Of a stretch of 64,000 bases of DNA, positions 8,550-17,440 are shown piece by piece. Below the pieces are notes generated by a model. The model had not been told where the DNA came from. It worked only from the letters and a program-made list of their open reading frames with translations, and did no database searches. The translations under genes and the position numbers were made by a program. Position 1 is the first letter of the stretch. Each line of letters opens with the position of its first letter. The stretch is taken from positions 64,001 to 128,000 of the IMG/VR virus record IMGVR_UViG_3300027791_000007; one strand, given 5' to 3'. This stretch comes from a virus.

Positions 8550-9074
8550 TTAATCCTTTATTTTAGGATCAATTTCAACCTTTGCAGCTGGTTCACCAGT
8601 TGCGGCTTTTGAACCTTTTGCAAAATCTTTTTTCTCTTTCATCTTCTTTTTGTTCTCATCTTCAAAAGGATTCTTACCCTCTTGTCCACTCCAAACTTTC
8701 TTTAGAGCTTCCCTCATAGATAATGACTTACCATTCATTGCAGAGAGTTGTTCTTCAACTTCTTTTTTAGATTTTTCATCTACACCAAGTGGAGCCTTTT
8801 TTTCTTCTACTGGTTTAGCAGAGGAAAACGACCACTCTTTAAGTTTACCAATTAGTTGATTAACTGCTTCAGATTTCTCACCAGTGTAGTTCTTATCAAT
8901 ATAATCAAAAAACTTTTTCTTTGCTTTATCATCTTTTAATTCAGCAGGCGATTTAATATTAAACTTTTTCAATGCACCGTTAAAGAATTTTTGGTACTCT
9001 GCTTTAGTTCCGTCTGTTAGACTAGCCTTAATCGCCTCTTCAAGACTACCCTCTTTTTTATCAAAATATGCCAT
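8550..9074 (-). CDS. Highly charged hypothetical, probable prohead core/internal protein
   Basis: K/E-rich with SLEE, LKE, MKE sites. Confidence 0.55.
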   Translation of the reverse strand: MAYFDKKEGSLEEAIKASLTDGTKAEYQKFFNGALKKFNIKSPAELKDDKAKKKFFDYIDKNYTGEKSEAVNQLIGKLKEWSFSSAKPVEEKKAPLGVDEKSKKEVEEQLSAMNGKSLSMREALKKVWSGQEGKNPFEDENKKKMKEKKDFAKGSKAATGEPAAKVEIDPKIKD

Positions 9075-9083
9075 TTTAGTCTC

Positions 9084-10433
9084 CTACTTTTTTAGCGCAT
9101 TAAGCAAGTCTTTGTATGACTTCGCTATTTGGTTTGAAAATTTTGCTTTGTCGATTGATGTTCGTATTGATGCAAATTTGTTCAGTGCTGCTTGTGCAAT
9201 CTTATCGTTAACCTTGACTTTTTTATTATCATTGAACTTGACATCTTTTAGTCCTCTTAGACTAACTGATTTTCTAAGTTGCATAAGAATATTATTATCA
9301 GCGGTTTTAATATCATCGTCTGTAGCAAAATCATCAATATCAGCAGGGTCGACTTTTCGTGCCTCTACTGTTTCTTCTTCTTCTTTAAGTTGCGACTTAT
9401 CTACTTTATCACCAATACTCTGTGCAGTCTTTAATCTTGCAATTTTAAGTGGTGAAACATCTTTTAACCTTTTCTCTAAAGAACCTCTTTCTATCTTCAA
9501 ATCTTTTTCATCACTATCTATTGCATAGATTTTCATATCTGTACCAACAAGAGCATATGTTATTTTTGGTGCTTCATCTAAATCTAATTCAGGCCTGTAG
9601 GGTTCAACGATTCTAGAAGCGTTACCTTCTGGAATAACTCTTAGTTTACCAGCAATGTATAGTGGATGCATCTTCATTGCTTTTTGTGCATCTTCCTCAT
9701 CATTACTGTCTACTTTAACTACGAACTTTCCACCTTTAGTGTCTAACTTGTATGCAATATTACCCATTGCATCGTCTACATCAATAGCGATGTTCTTCAT
9801 TTTACCTTCTTTGACATATGCCAACAGTTCTTCATTTTGTCTCCTCAAAACAGCTGCAACTTGTGTCTGTTTTGATAAACCTTTTTTAATTTTTTCTATT
9901 GCATTTACAGCGCCAGTCATGTTTCCTTGTTTATATCTAGGATCGGATGCGACTCCAATTGCCATTTTTACCTCTTTCGGTGTGTAGTTCTCATCAAGGT
10001 CTAATGTAACACACTCCTCGGCCAATGTCAAGTCTTTTTTTTCATTAATTCCTTCTAATTTGATAGTTTTCATTGATGCAGCCATATCACCAAGTGCTAG
10101 ACTTACATTACCGTCTGGCCTCTTGTATAAGAAGTACTTCATACCACCCTTACCACCATCCTTTTTCAGAGTGATTTTCTCACCCATACCAGCAGAACCC
10201 ATCTTTACTTTGTTTTTAGATGTTACTATGAAAGTACTAGACATGTTTTGTGCAACAGACGAGTCGTAACCAATTGTAACTTTTTGTTTTGATTTTAATT
10301 TATCAAATGCAGTTACAGCATCTTTTTTGATATCTTCGGTTACAGAGTATGCTTTTCTACTAGCAATGGAATCAGCATTGTCCATGACTTTGGCGTAAAG
10401 TTCGTATATATTTGTATATTTGTTCATGGTCAT
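9084..10433 (-). CDS. Modular charged protein, probable internal head protein
   Basis: Repeated (L/V/I)xE sites (VTE, INE, LDE, VKE, LDE, LKE) separating short modules; late promoter at 10447. Confidence 0.55.
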   Translation of the reverse strand: MTMNKYTNIYELYAKVMDNADSIASRKAYSVTEDIKKDAVTAFDKLKSKQKVTIGYDSSVAQNMSSTFIVTSKNKVKMGSAGMGEKITLKKDGGKGGMKYFLYKRPDGNVSLALGDMAASMKTIKLEGINEKKDLTLAEECVTLDLDENYTPKEVKMAIGVASDPRYKQGNMTGAVNAIEKIKKGLSKQTQVAAVLRRQNEELLAYVKEGKMKNIAIDVDDAMGNIAYKLDTKGGKFVVKVDSNDEEDAQKAMKMHPLYIAGKLRVIPEGNASRIVEPYRPELDLDEAPKITYALVGTDMKIYAIDSDEKDLKIERGSLEKRLKDVSPLKIARLKTAQSIGDKVDKSQLKEEEETVEARKVDPADIDDFATDDDIKTADNNILMQLRKSVSLRGLKDVKFNDNKKVKVNDKIAQAALNKFASIRTSIDKAKFSNQIAKSYKDLLNALKK

Positions 10434-10446
10434 TCCTTTATAGTAT

Positions 10447-10454
10447 TATTTATA
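10447..10454 (-). promoter_or_regulatory. T4-type late promoter TATAAATA
   Basis: Exact consensus, intergenic. Confidence 0.75.
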
Positions 10455-10457
10455 AAA

Positions 10458-12149
10458 TTAAGCGCCTGCTCCGTGTACAGTTTTTAAAGTAGTTCCACCA
10501 GAGTTCTTAATCAATAGTGTGGATAGTGTTTTTAGTTGTGTTGAACCAATAGCATCGTCTGCCATCATTGTCTCTGTCACACTGTCATCCGTAATTCCTA
10601 TTGCGATTTGATTATTTGTCACTGTCGTAGTAATACCATCTCCACCAGCAAAGTTCAATGTGTCTGTTCCTACAGCAACAGCATCATCACTACCACTGTC
10701 GGCACCAACTGTTAGTGTACTGGATATATTAGCAGTTGTCATTGATGTAATCAAACCTTGACTATTAAATGTAACCACTGGAATTGAAGTAGTTGAACCT
10801 ACAGTTGCACCAGTAACAATATCTGCAAGGACATTATTTCTTGTGAAATCTTCTTGAAGTATACTTTGACCTTCATCAGAACCAGAAGTATTTGTAGCAT
10901 CGAGAATAACTTCATCTCCACTATCATCTTCTAATGCGATACCATCATTTAAATCATCATCAACATGGATGTACTTCTTTGCAAAATCATCATAACGAAG
11001 CATTGCACCGTGGAATCTAGAACCAGCATCTATATCGTCCAAACCAAATAGTTTGATTTCTCCACCACCACCACCAGAGATTTCTCCTTGTGCAGTAGCT
11101 TTTGCATTTTCAGTAATAATTGGTGAAAGATTTTTAATAGTCTGTCCAAACATTTCCTTAAACTTGGAAAGGTCGGCACGTACTTTTTCTACTTCTGTTC
11201 TTTCGTCTATGACTTCTGGATCATTCTTATCATAAGCAACTGTATCAAGTTGTCTAAGAACATCATCAACATAGTTTTGAGCATCGTCAATCTTACTTGT
11301 AAATACTGTCTTATTATCTTTATATGCCTGTATAACTGGATTGAGTTTCTCGTTCTCCATCCTTTCAACTTGTGCTTGATGCATGTCAGCAATTCTTGAT
11401 TTCTTTTCATCAATTGCTGATTGTCTATCTTTTTCAAGTGCTTTCATCTCTTTCTTATAAACTTGTGAATTAACATCACCTCTCTTTAAGGCTTCATATA
11501 ATTCTTTTCTTTTCTCTAAATTTATGAATGTATCAGCATCTTCTTGGAATTGGGAAGTTACCGATTGTTTACCTAGTTTTCTAGTTGGTTGTATGGGTTG
11601 AATTGGTGTAATTGGTTTTACAGATTCACTAACAACTTTCTTATGAATAATTGGTTTTTTCTTTTCTTCGACAATCGGTTCAGGCTTAACACTTACCTTA
11701 ATATCATCGGCATTAAACCCAATCTTACTATTCTCTTTTAAACCAAAAGCCCTTGCAACGGATGCTGATGGTTTTTTAATTTCTTTTATTTCTTCTGTGA
11801 CTTGTTCTTTCTTTACTTTAAAATCAGTTATGTTACCAAAAATACTAACTAGTTCTTGTAAACTCTCTTTTGCTTTTTCAATAGAAGGTTTTACTTCTTC
11901 AAGACTTCTAACCTCTTCTTCAAGATGTTTCTGACCTTTGTTATTAAAACTATCAACTGAAATAATAGATGTTTTCATATCCTCATTAATGAAATTCATC
12001 TTCTCTTCTATTCTTTTTTCTTCAGCAAGTTGGGCTTCAATCTTTGCCTCTAAAACCTTTGTCTGTTTAGATTTCTTATCTTTACGAACCTCATCTATGG
12101 ATAAACCAGCGAGTTTTCGTAATTTTTGTTTTGGTTTTAAATCATCCAT
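10458..12149 (-). CDS. Hypothetical structural protein: charged coiled-coil N-half, fibre-like T/G/D-rich C-half
   Basis: Composition switch after GGGGG linker; LDDID and LED repeats. Confidence 0.55.
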   Translation of the reverse strand: MDDLKPKQKLRKLAGLSIDEVRKDKKSKQTKVLEAKIEAQLAEEKRIEEKMNFINEDMKTSIISVDSFNNKGQKHLEEEVRSLEEVKPSIEKAKESLQELVSIFGNITDFKVKKEQVTEEIKEIKKPSASVARAFGLKENSKIGFNADDIKVSVKPEPIVEEKKKPIIHKKVVSESVKPITPIQPIQPTRKLGKQSVTSQFQEDADTFINLEKRKELYEALKRGDVNSQVYKKEMKALEKDRQSAIDEKKSRIADMHQAQVERMENEKLNPVIQAYKDNKTVFTSKIDDAQNYVDDVLRQLDTVAYDKNDPEVIDERTEVEKVRADLSKFKEMFGQTIKNLSPIITENAKATAQGEISGGGGGEIKLFGLDDIDAGSRFHGAMLRYDDFAKKYIHVDDDLNDGIALEDDSGDEVILDATNTSGSDEGQSILQEDFTRNNVLADIVTGATVGSTTSIPVVTFNSQGLITSMTTANISSTLTVGADSGSDDAVAVGTDTLNFAGGDGITTTVTNNQIAIGITDDSVTETMMADDAIGSTQLKTLSTLLIKNSGGTTLKTVHGAGA

Positions 12150-12156
12150 ATTCCTA

Positions 12157-14577
12157 TTAACCTTTCATCAAGTCTGTGACGGATTTGGTACTCCAAAACT
12201 TACACGACCAATATCCTGCTGTAGTCTTATCTTTTTTCTGATCGCAATTGTGTCTTGCACGAAAATTCTTTCTCGCTTGTGGGTCATCTCGTTTGATTGA
12301 CATATTTGGGTCACCAAACTCTACCTTCACAACATTGCCCTTATCGTTCTTTACATAAACTTTGTACTTTTTGACATCACCCTTTGTTGGATTATTTAGT
12401 TCTTTGCCTTCAGCATCTTCTGTATATTCACCCCAATCATTCATTTTCTTAAATTCAGTAAATGATGCGGCAAGTTTAGTTATTGCTTTTCTTCTTGAGA
12501 ATTTTGTTTGGCCTGATTTACCCTTTTTGGGGATTAGTAAATTAGGTAATTTTTTGTCTTTCTTTAGAGTTGATTTCTCTTCCATATCTGTTGATTCTGG
12601 TACACAGTTAGGAACTTGTTTTCCACCCTTATTCTTCATACCAACTTGTTTGTAACCATCCCAACATGGGCCTGTATCAGACTTTAATGATTCCTCATCA
12701 AAGTTATCAGCACAATCATCACAACAACCAACCTTTTCTAACATTGATTCCTTGACTTCTTGTAGTTTCCACCACCAATCTTCACCATGTCTTAATTGAT
12801 AGTTTGCACGAACAACTTGACTTTCAAACCACTCATTAACTTGGCCTGGTGTTACTTTCTTAGTATGATCTGCATAGTCTTTACCAATTTCATATGATTC
12901 TGCTTTTTTCTTCTTCTTATATCCACCTTGTGAAATGTCTTTTTGTAAATCTGGGTCTGCTTTACCACCAGTTAACATAGAATTAACTCTTGCAAATGCC
13001 CACTGTTGTGGGGTTGTGCCTGGGCGATGTCCACCTTTCCATGCAGCCAGTCCTCTGTCATATGACTTTTTAAGAATACCATATGGAACACCACTCTGTT
13101 TTGATTTGTTTACAAGTCCTTCAATCTTTTCGTCTAACTGTACTGATTCAGTATATGGGATTTGTTTAAGACCTCGTTCTTTTTCTACTTGTTTATTTGC
13201 TTTGTCAAGTATAGATGATATATCAGAACCATCAAATGCAATAGGTTTTGTTGGGTCACCAGTTATCCACCCCTTTTCCTTTGACTTTTTATCATCTACT
13301 TGGCCTGGATAATGTTTGAAATCTTCTTTTTTATCTCCAAACATCTGTTTAAACTTTTTAGTATACTGTGATGGTTTGGTATCAGCATCTTTATCGCCTG
13401 GAGCATTGTCTCTACTTCCACCTTTTGCAAAATGTCTTGCACGAGCAAGTTTAGTAGATTTTGACATTTCATCTCCTTCGGAATCTTTTGAGTAATACTT
13501 TGCTGGTTGTGTACCCTTTACATCTTTAACATCACCCTTGACTTGTTTTGTCTTTGTAATCTTCTTAGGTTCTTCTCTAAGTCTTGGTTCTCTACGATTA
13601 ACAGATGGGTCTTCCATTTTAAGATTTGATGGGTCATTGTTCATAGGATCATTATCTTTGTGTCCTACGTCCATACCCTTAATTACCTTATCACCCATAA
13701 CTCTGCGAGCCTTGTTCCTAGAAGAACGTCTTGCAATCTGTTCTGGTGTACCTTGATAATTTGCATACTCTTGTTTATAGTTTCTAACTTCTGTTAACCA
13801 TGCCTTATGTACTTTACCAGATGCATCGTTAAATGATATGTAATTAGTTCCTCTTGATATAATTTTACCATCAATACCATTTGCACTAATCATTTCTCCA
13901 ACTAACCAGATTTTTCCAGTAAGATACTTATCTCTTAGAGTTTCATAGTCATCCATGTCACCCATGTCTTTTTCTTCTCTGATACCCATATATTTACGAA
14001 CATCATTGAATAATTTTCTTGCAGTTGTTTCATCAGAAGCAACTCCTTGTTTGAAGATATCAAAACTATTTGCAGTTGCAGCAGCTCTCATCTTAGATGC
14101 CGACATACCCTCAACACCCTCTGCATCTGGATCTCTTTCTCCAGCAGAAATAACTTTGATTTCGTCAAAACCGTAATAACCGTGTTTCTTACCTTCTACA
14201 CCATTGTACTGATTTAGTAGTCTTTCAAACTCTTTTACTCTATCAGAACCAGCAATCATAGTGATTGACTTATATCCTAGTCCATGCAATCTAACAGCAA
14301 TGTCAAATACATTTCTTATTTTTGGATCTGCAACAATATTCTTAGAATGTTTTTTGAATATCTTTCTCATATATGCAATCTTTAGTGCATACGGTAAAGG
14401 GTCTTTAGCAGGACTTTGAGACTGTGAAGCGAAAATAGAATACTCTCTAGAACCAGAAGAGGTCTTTGCAACCTTTAGTATTAGTTTCTCATGCCCAACC
14501 GTTGGTGGATTGAATCTACCGAAAGTAAACGTATGATTAAACTTAGCTTCGTTAAGTATTTGTTTAAATTTTTTCAT
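12157..14577 (-). CDS. Cytidylyltransferase-like (HIGH-type nucleotidyltransferase) multidomain protein with internal HNH-like module and several small modules
   Basis: FTFGRFNPPTVGHEKL, AGSDRV, GERDPD, MSASKMR; later DVGHKD..N..NL...S.NR (HNH-like); GPCWDGYKQVGMK..VPNCVP; C-terminal FRARHNC..AGYWSC. Confidence 0.8.
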   Translation of the reverse strand: MKKFKQILNEAKFNHTFTFGRFNPPTVGHEKLILKVAKTSSGSREYSIFASQSQSPAKDPLPYALKIAYMRKIFKKHSKNIVADPKIRNVFDIAVRLHGLGYKSITMIAGSDRVKEFERLLNQYNGVEGKKHGYYGFDEIKVISAGERDPDAEGVEGMSASKMRAAATANSFDIFKQGVASDETTARKLFNDVRKYMGIREEKDMGDMDDYETLRDKYLTGKIWLVGEMISANGIDGKIISRGTNYISFNDASGKVHKAWLTEVRNYKQEYANYQGTPEQIARRSSRNKARRVMGDKVIKGMDVGHKDNDPMNNDPSNLKMEDPSVNRREPRLREEPKKITKTKQVKGDVKDVKGTQPAKYYSKDSEGDEMSKSTKLARARHFAKGGSRDNAPGDKDADTKPSQYTKKFKQMFGDKKEDFKHYPGQVDDKKSKEKGWITGDPTKPIAFDGSDISSILDKANKQVEKERGLKQIPYTESVQLDEKIEGLVNKSKQSGVPYGILKKSYDRGLAAWKGGHRPGTTPQQWAFARVNSMLTGGKADPDLQKDISQGGYKKKKKAESYEIGKDYADHTKKVTPGQVNEWFESQVVRANYQLRHGEDWWWKLQEVKESMLEKVGCCDDCADNFDEESLKSDTGPCWDGYKQVGMKNKGGKQVPNCVPESTDMEEKSTLKKDKKLPNLLIPKKGKSGQTKFSRRKAITKLAASFTEFKKMNDWGEYTEDAEGKELNNPTKGDVKKYKVYVKNDKGNVVKVEFGDPNMSIKRDDPQARKNFRARHNCDQKKDKTTAGYWSCKFWSTKSVTDLMKG

Positions 14578-15821
14578 TTATCCCATGCCTTTATAGCGGT
14601 AAAGTTGTTAAACGAGAACTCCATTCTGTCCACTAATTTAACTGCATTTCCACTAACTCTATCAATAGCAACATAACCTTCTGGGTTAGTTACTTTAAAT
14701 CCATTACTAGTCTTAATAAAGGTATTTGTTAATCCCTTTACACTATTTAGTTTATTCACAATTTCTGCTTTAGCATCAACTAGATAGTTCTGAAACTCTA
14801 GAGTTAAGGTTAATACGTTTGTAAATTTCTTGACTTCTCGTACATATTCTTTTTGCAAATTCTTGTATTTTTCTTTACCAGCAACCGACTTTACTTTATC
14901 AATATTCTTCTGCAATGCCATCTCTACATGTTTTGCATATCCTATAGCATGTTGTCTGGGGTTAGATATTGTCTCTCCAGCCCTAACTTTAGTATTATTA
15001 TATGTTTTTAATCCAGCACTAGCAAGTTGTCCAGTAAACAACTCTTGTAGTTTTAAAAACGATTTCAACTGGTTTGAATTAATCTTTTGAAAAGTCTTTC
15101 CAGTTTGTGACAGTAGAGCAGTTACTTTTTCTGTCTCTTTTGAATTAAATGTCGCACTTCCAGACACATCCTTATAGGTTGCATCATCCATCCACACAGA
15201 GGACGGTTTATTTAAACTTGATATGTTCGCACCAAATGATGCTTTCATTGATTGTAAATCACTTCCAGTATAAGTTGTATGCCAAACTACACCGATTTTT
15301 GATTTGTTTATTGTATTTCCTATGTCACTATCCACTGGTACTGCATATACAATAGTATTAGGCTGAAAAGTATAACACTTTTCGCCACCAATTGTTGTGG
15401 TGTCAACATCATCGGTGAACATGAGGTCTCCTTGAAGAACTCCTTTGATACCCAATTTAGAAAATTCTGTAAATGCAATCTTAAACTTAGAATTAAGAGC
15501 TCCAGATAATTTATCATCATCTATCTCCTTTATTGATTTGTATAGTTTTGGTTCAGCATTAAATACAGACTTCTTTGCAACAAAGAACTTATTATCAGAA
15601 GGGTCGATGCCAGAAAAGATTGCAGGCGCACCATCCCACTTAACAGTCATTGAAATAGATGAACGAGAGTTACCAGCAAGCATATCTCTTAATGAACGTA
15701 GGAAGTTAATTGCAGCTCTACCACCGTCAACTCCGTAGTTGAGAATTTCATCCTCTAGATGTTCTAGGTGTAAATTCTTACCACCCTTATCTTCTGTAAG
15801 TAGTTGATTAAATGTTTTCAT
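14574..15821 (-). CDS. Conserved T4-like protein (DUF6267-like) with ATP-dependent ligase-type motifs
   Basis: KNLHLEHLED N-terminus; TVKWDGAP (KxDG), LQGDLMF, PEGYVA, VKLVDR. Confidence 0.7.
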   Translation of the reverse strand: MKTFNQLLTEDKGGKNLHLEHLEDEILNYGVDGGRAAINFLRSLRDMLAGNSRSSISMTVKWDGAPAIFSGIDPSDNKFFVAKKSVFNAEPKLYKSIKEIDDDKLSGALNSKFKIAFTEFSKLGIKGVLQGDLMFTDDVDTTTIGGEKCYTFQPNTIVYAVPVDSDIGNTINKSKIGVVWHTTYTGSDLQSMKASFGANISSLNKPSSVWMDDATYKDVSGSATFNSKETEKVTALLSQTGKTFQKINSNQLKSFLKLQELFTGQLASAGLKTYNNTKVRAGETISNPRQHAIGYAKHVEMALQKNIDKVKSVAGKEKYKNLQKEYVREVKKFTNVLTLTLEFQNYLVDAKAEIVNKLNSVKGLTNTFIKTSNGFKVTNPEGYVAIDRVSGNAVKLVDRMEFSFNNFTAIKAWDK

Positions 15822-15961
15822 TTGGTATACGCCTTATAGCCTGTGCCAGTTTCTCTATTGTGCCACCTTTTATGCCAGGCCCAATTACTAATTCTACCAC
15901 ACTTAGTTTCTACCATACGATAGAATTTGTCAAGTACTTTTATTTTTAAACTTATCTTCAT
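15818..15961 (-). CDS. 47-aa basic Trp-rich peptide MKISLKIKVLDKFYRMVETKCGRISNWAWHKRWHNRETGTGYKAYTK
   Basis: Translated by hand; ATGA overlaps at both ends exactly fill the gap between flanking genes. Confidence 0.7.
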   Translation of the reverse strand: MKISLKIKVLDKFYRMVETKCGRISNWAWHKRWHNRETGTGYKAYTK

Positions 15962-17313
15962 TTTTGTAATCCATTGTATTTTACAGCAAGACTGAATTGC
16001 CCCAACTTCTTCTGTCCAGCATTTCCAGACTTATTTGTTCTAATTGACATATTCATAGTTAACTTGTCTTGTCCAGATTTCAACTCTATAAACCAACTTT
16101 GTTTAGATGATTTACTAGAATATGCTTTAACAAACTGTACTTGTGGTAAAAATACTCCAAGGGCATCTTTGTCTGTTACTTCCTCATACTTGTCACCAAT
16201 TGCTTTGATAACTAAAGTAGGAACATCTGGAGCATCCCTCAATACTTCATGTCGAATATAATCTACGGTTTTCTCTTTATTCTTATTAAATAAGTCAATA
16301 ACACCATTTCTCATAATTTCTAGATACTGATTGTAATACAACTCATATTCTTTATTATTCTTTTGGTCAAATTTTCTTAAAGCATTAACAGTTTTAAGTG
16401 TGCCTGATCTTTGTCTATATTGATTTTCTGCTGGGAAATCTGGTATTTTTGAATATATTTGAGAATACACCGTTTTCATTAATGTATCATGTATTCTTTT
16501 TTCTTTGAATACATCAAAAATCTTTGTAGTATATGTGTTAAGTTGTGGTTCAGAAGTTTTCTTTCCACCAGCTTTTAAACTCACACCTAATATACTTTTA
16601 TCGGCATACATTAAAAACATATCGCCTGGGTGTCCACTTGGAACACCAGAAGGTTTTTGACGATATCCCCAAAATACACTTTGAATAGGTTTGTCGTTAT
16701 GTTGATCTGTTAAGAATTTTGTTATTGCAATTGCATTAGTCATCTTATCTTCAAACTTAGATGATGTATCTGCTTTATTAATTGTCTCTTGAGCGGCTTG
16801 TAAGTCTTTACTACCAATACATTTAAGACTTTTGATATCCATGTCTAATAGATATTTATGAAATGCTTGTGTGTCTCTAGGTGTATATTTTGTTTCAAAT
16901 GCAATACAAGGAAATAGTTCTGTTATACTTGCATTAAGGGTAGTTTCTGCCATACCACCAGAAATAGGTTTCACAAAGATACGAAACTTCTTACCTTCAT
17001 GTTCACCATCAATTGGGTCAACACTTGATTGAGCAGTTCCTAACTGTGCCTGAATACCAGCTTGATTAAGATTCCTTAGAATCTCATCTCTATCCGTTTC
17101 TCTATCTTTTGAACGAACAATTATTACATCTCTAGAAGTAGAAGATTGTCTCTCATTCTTCTCGAAATCAAGTCCTCTAAAAATATCTACTGGTAATGTT
17201 GTTTGTTCTGATAAGAAATACTCCTCCACCAAATCAAGTTTAGGTTTATATGTAGATGCTCTACGCCTAACTTGTTGAACGGATTTCTTTAGTAATGACA
17301 TCAGTTTCCCCAT
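15958..17313 (-). CDS. Putative PD-(D/E)XK restriction-like endonuclease
   Basis: TELFPC...HPGDMFL...ILGVSLKAG pattern (E...D...SLK variant); late promoter upstream. Confidence 0.55.
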   Translation of the reverse strand: MGKLMSLLKKSVQQVRRRASTYKPKLDLVEEYFLSEQTTLPVDIFRGLDFEKNERQSSTSRDVIIVRSKDRETDRDEILRNLNQAGIQAQLGTAQSSVDPIDGEHEGKKFRIFVKPISGGMAETTLNASITELFPCIAFETKYTPRDTQAFHKYLLDMDIKSLKCIGSKDLQAAQETINKADTSSKFEDKMTNAIAITKFLTDQHNDKPIQSVFWGYRQKPSGVPSGHPGDMFLMYADKSILGVSLKAGGKKTSEPQLNTYTTKIFDVFKEKRIHDTLMKTVYSQIYSKIPDFPAENQYRQRSGTLKTVNALRKFDQKNNKEYELYYNQYLEIMRNGVIDLFNKNKEKTVDYIRHEVLRDAPDVPTLVIKAIGDKYEEVTDKDALGVFLPQVQFVKAYSSKSSKQSWFIELKSGQDKLTMNMSIRTNKSGNAGQKKLGQFSLAVKYNGLQK

Positions 17314-17332
17314 TTAAATATAGTTACATTGT

Positions 17333-17340
17333 TATTTATA
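17333..17340 (-). promoter_or_regulatory. T4-type late promoter TATAAATA
   Basis: Exact consensus heading the 17313-10458 gene run. Confidence 0.75.
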
Positions 17341-17354
17341 AGAAACATTTAGTT

Positions 17355-17431
17355 TGGCCTGCTCGGTAGGAGTCGAACCTACGACCTATTGCTTAGAAGG
17401 CAATTGCTCTATCCAGCTGAGCTACGAGCAG
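17355..17431 (-). tRNA. tRNA-Arg (anticodon TCT)
   Basis: Cloverleaf: CTGCTCG acceptor stem, TAGCTCAGCTGGATAGAGC D-arm, loop CTTCTAA, GGTTCGACTCC T-arm, encoded CCA. Confidence 0.95.
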
Positions 17432-17440
17432 ATAACAAAC

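Noticed and set aside
15905-15933. TTGACA as an early promoter
   Set aside because: The -10 at 17-nt spacing is GAAACT (poor), and the site lies inside the 47-aa ORF
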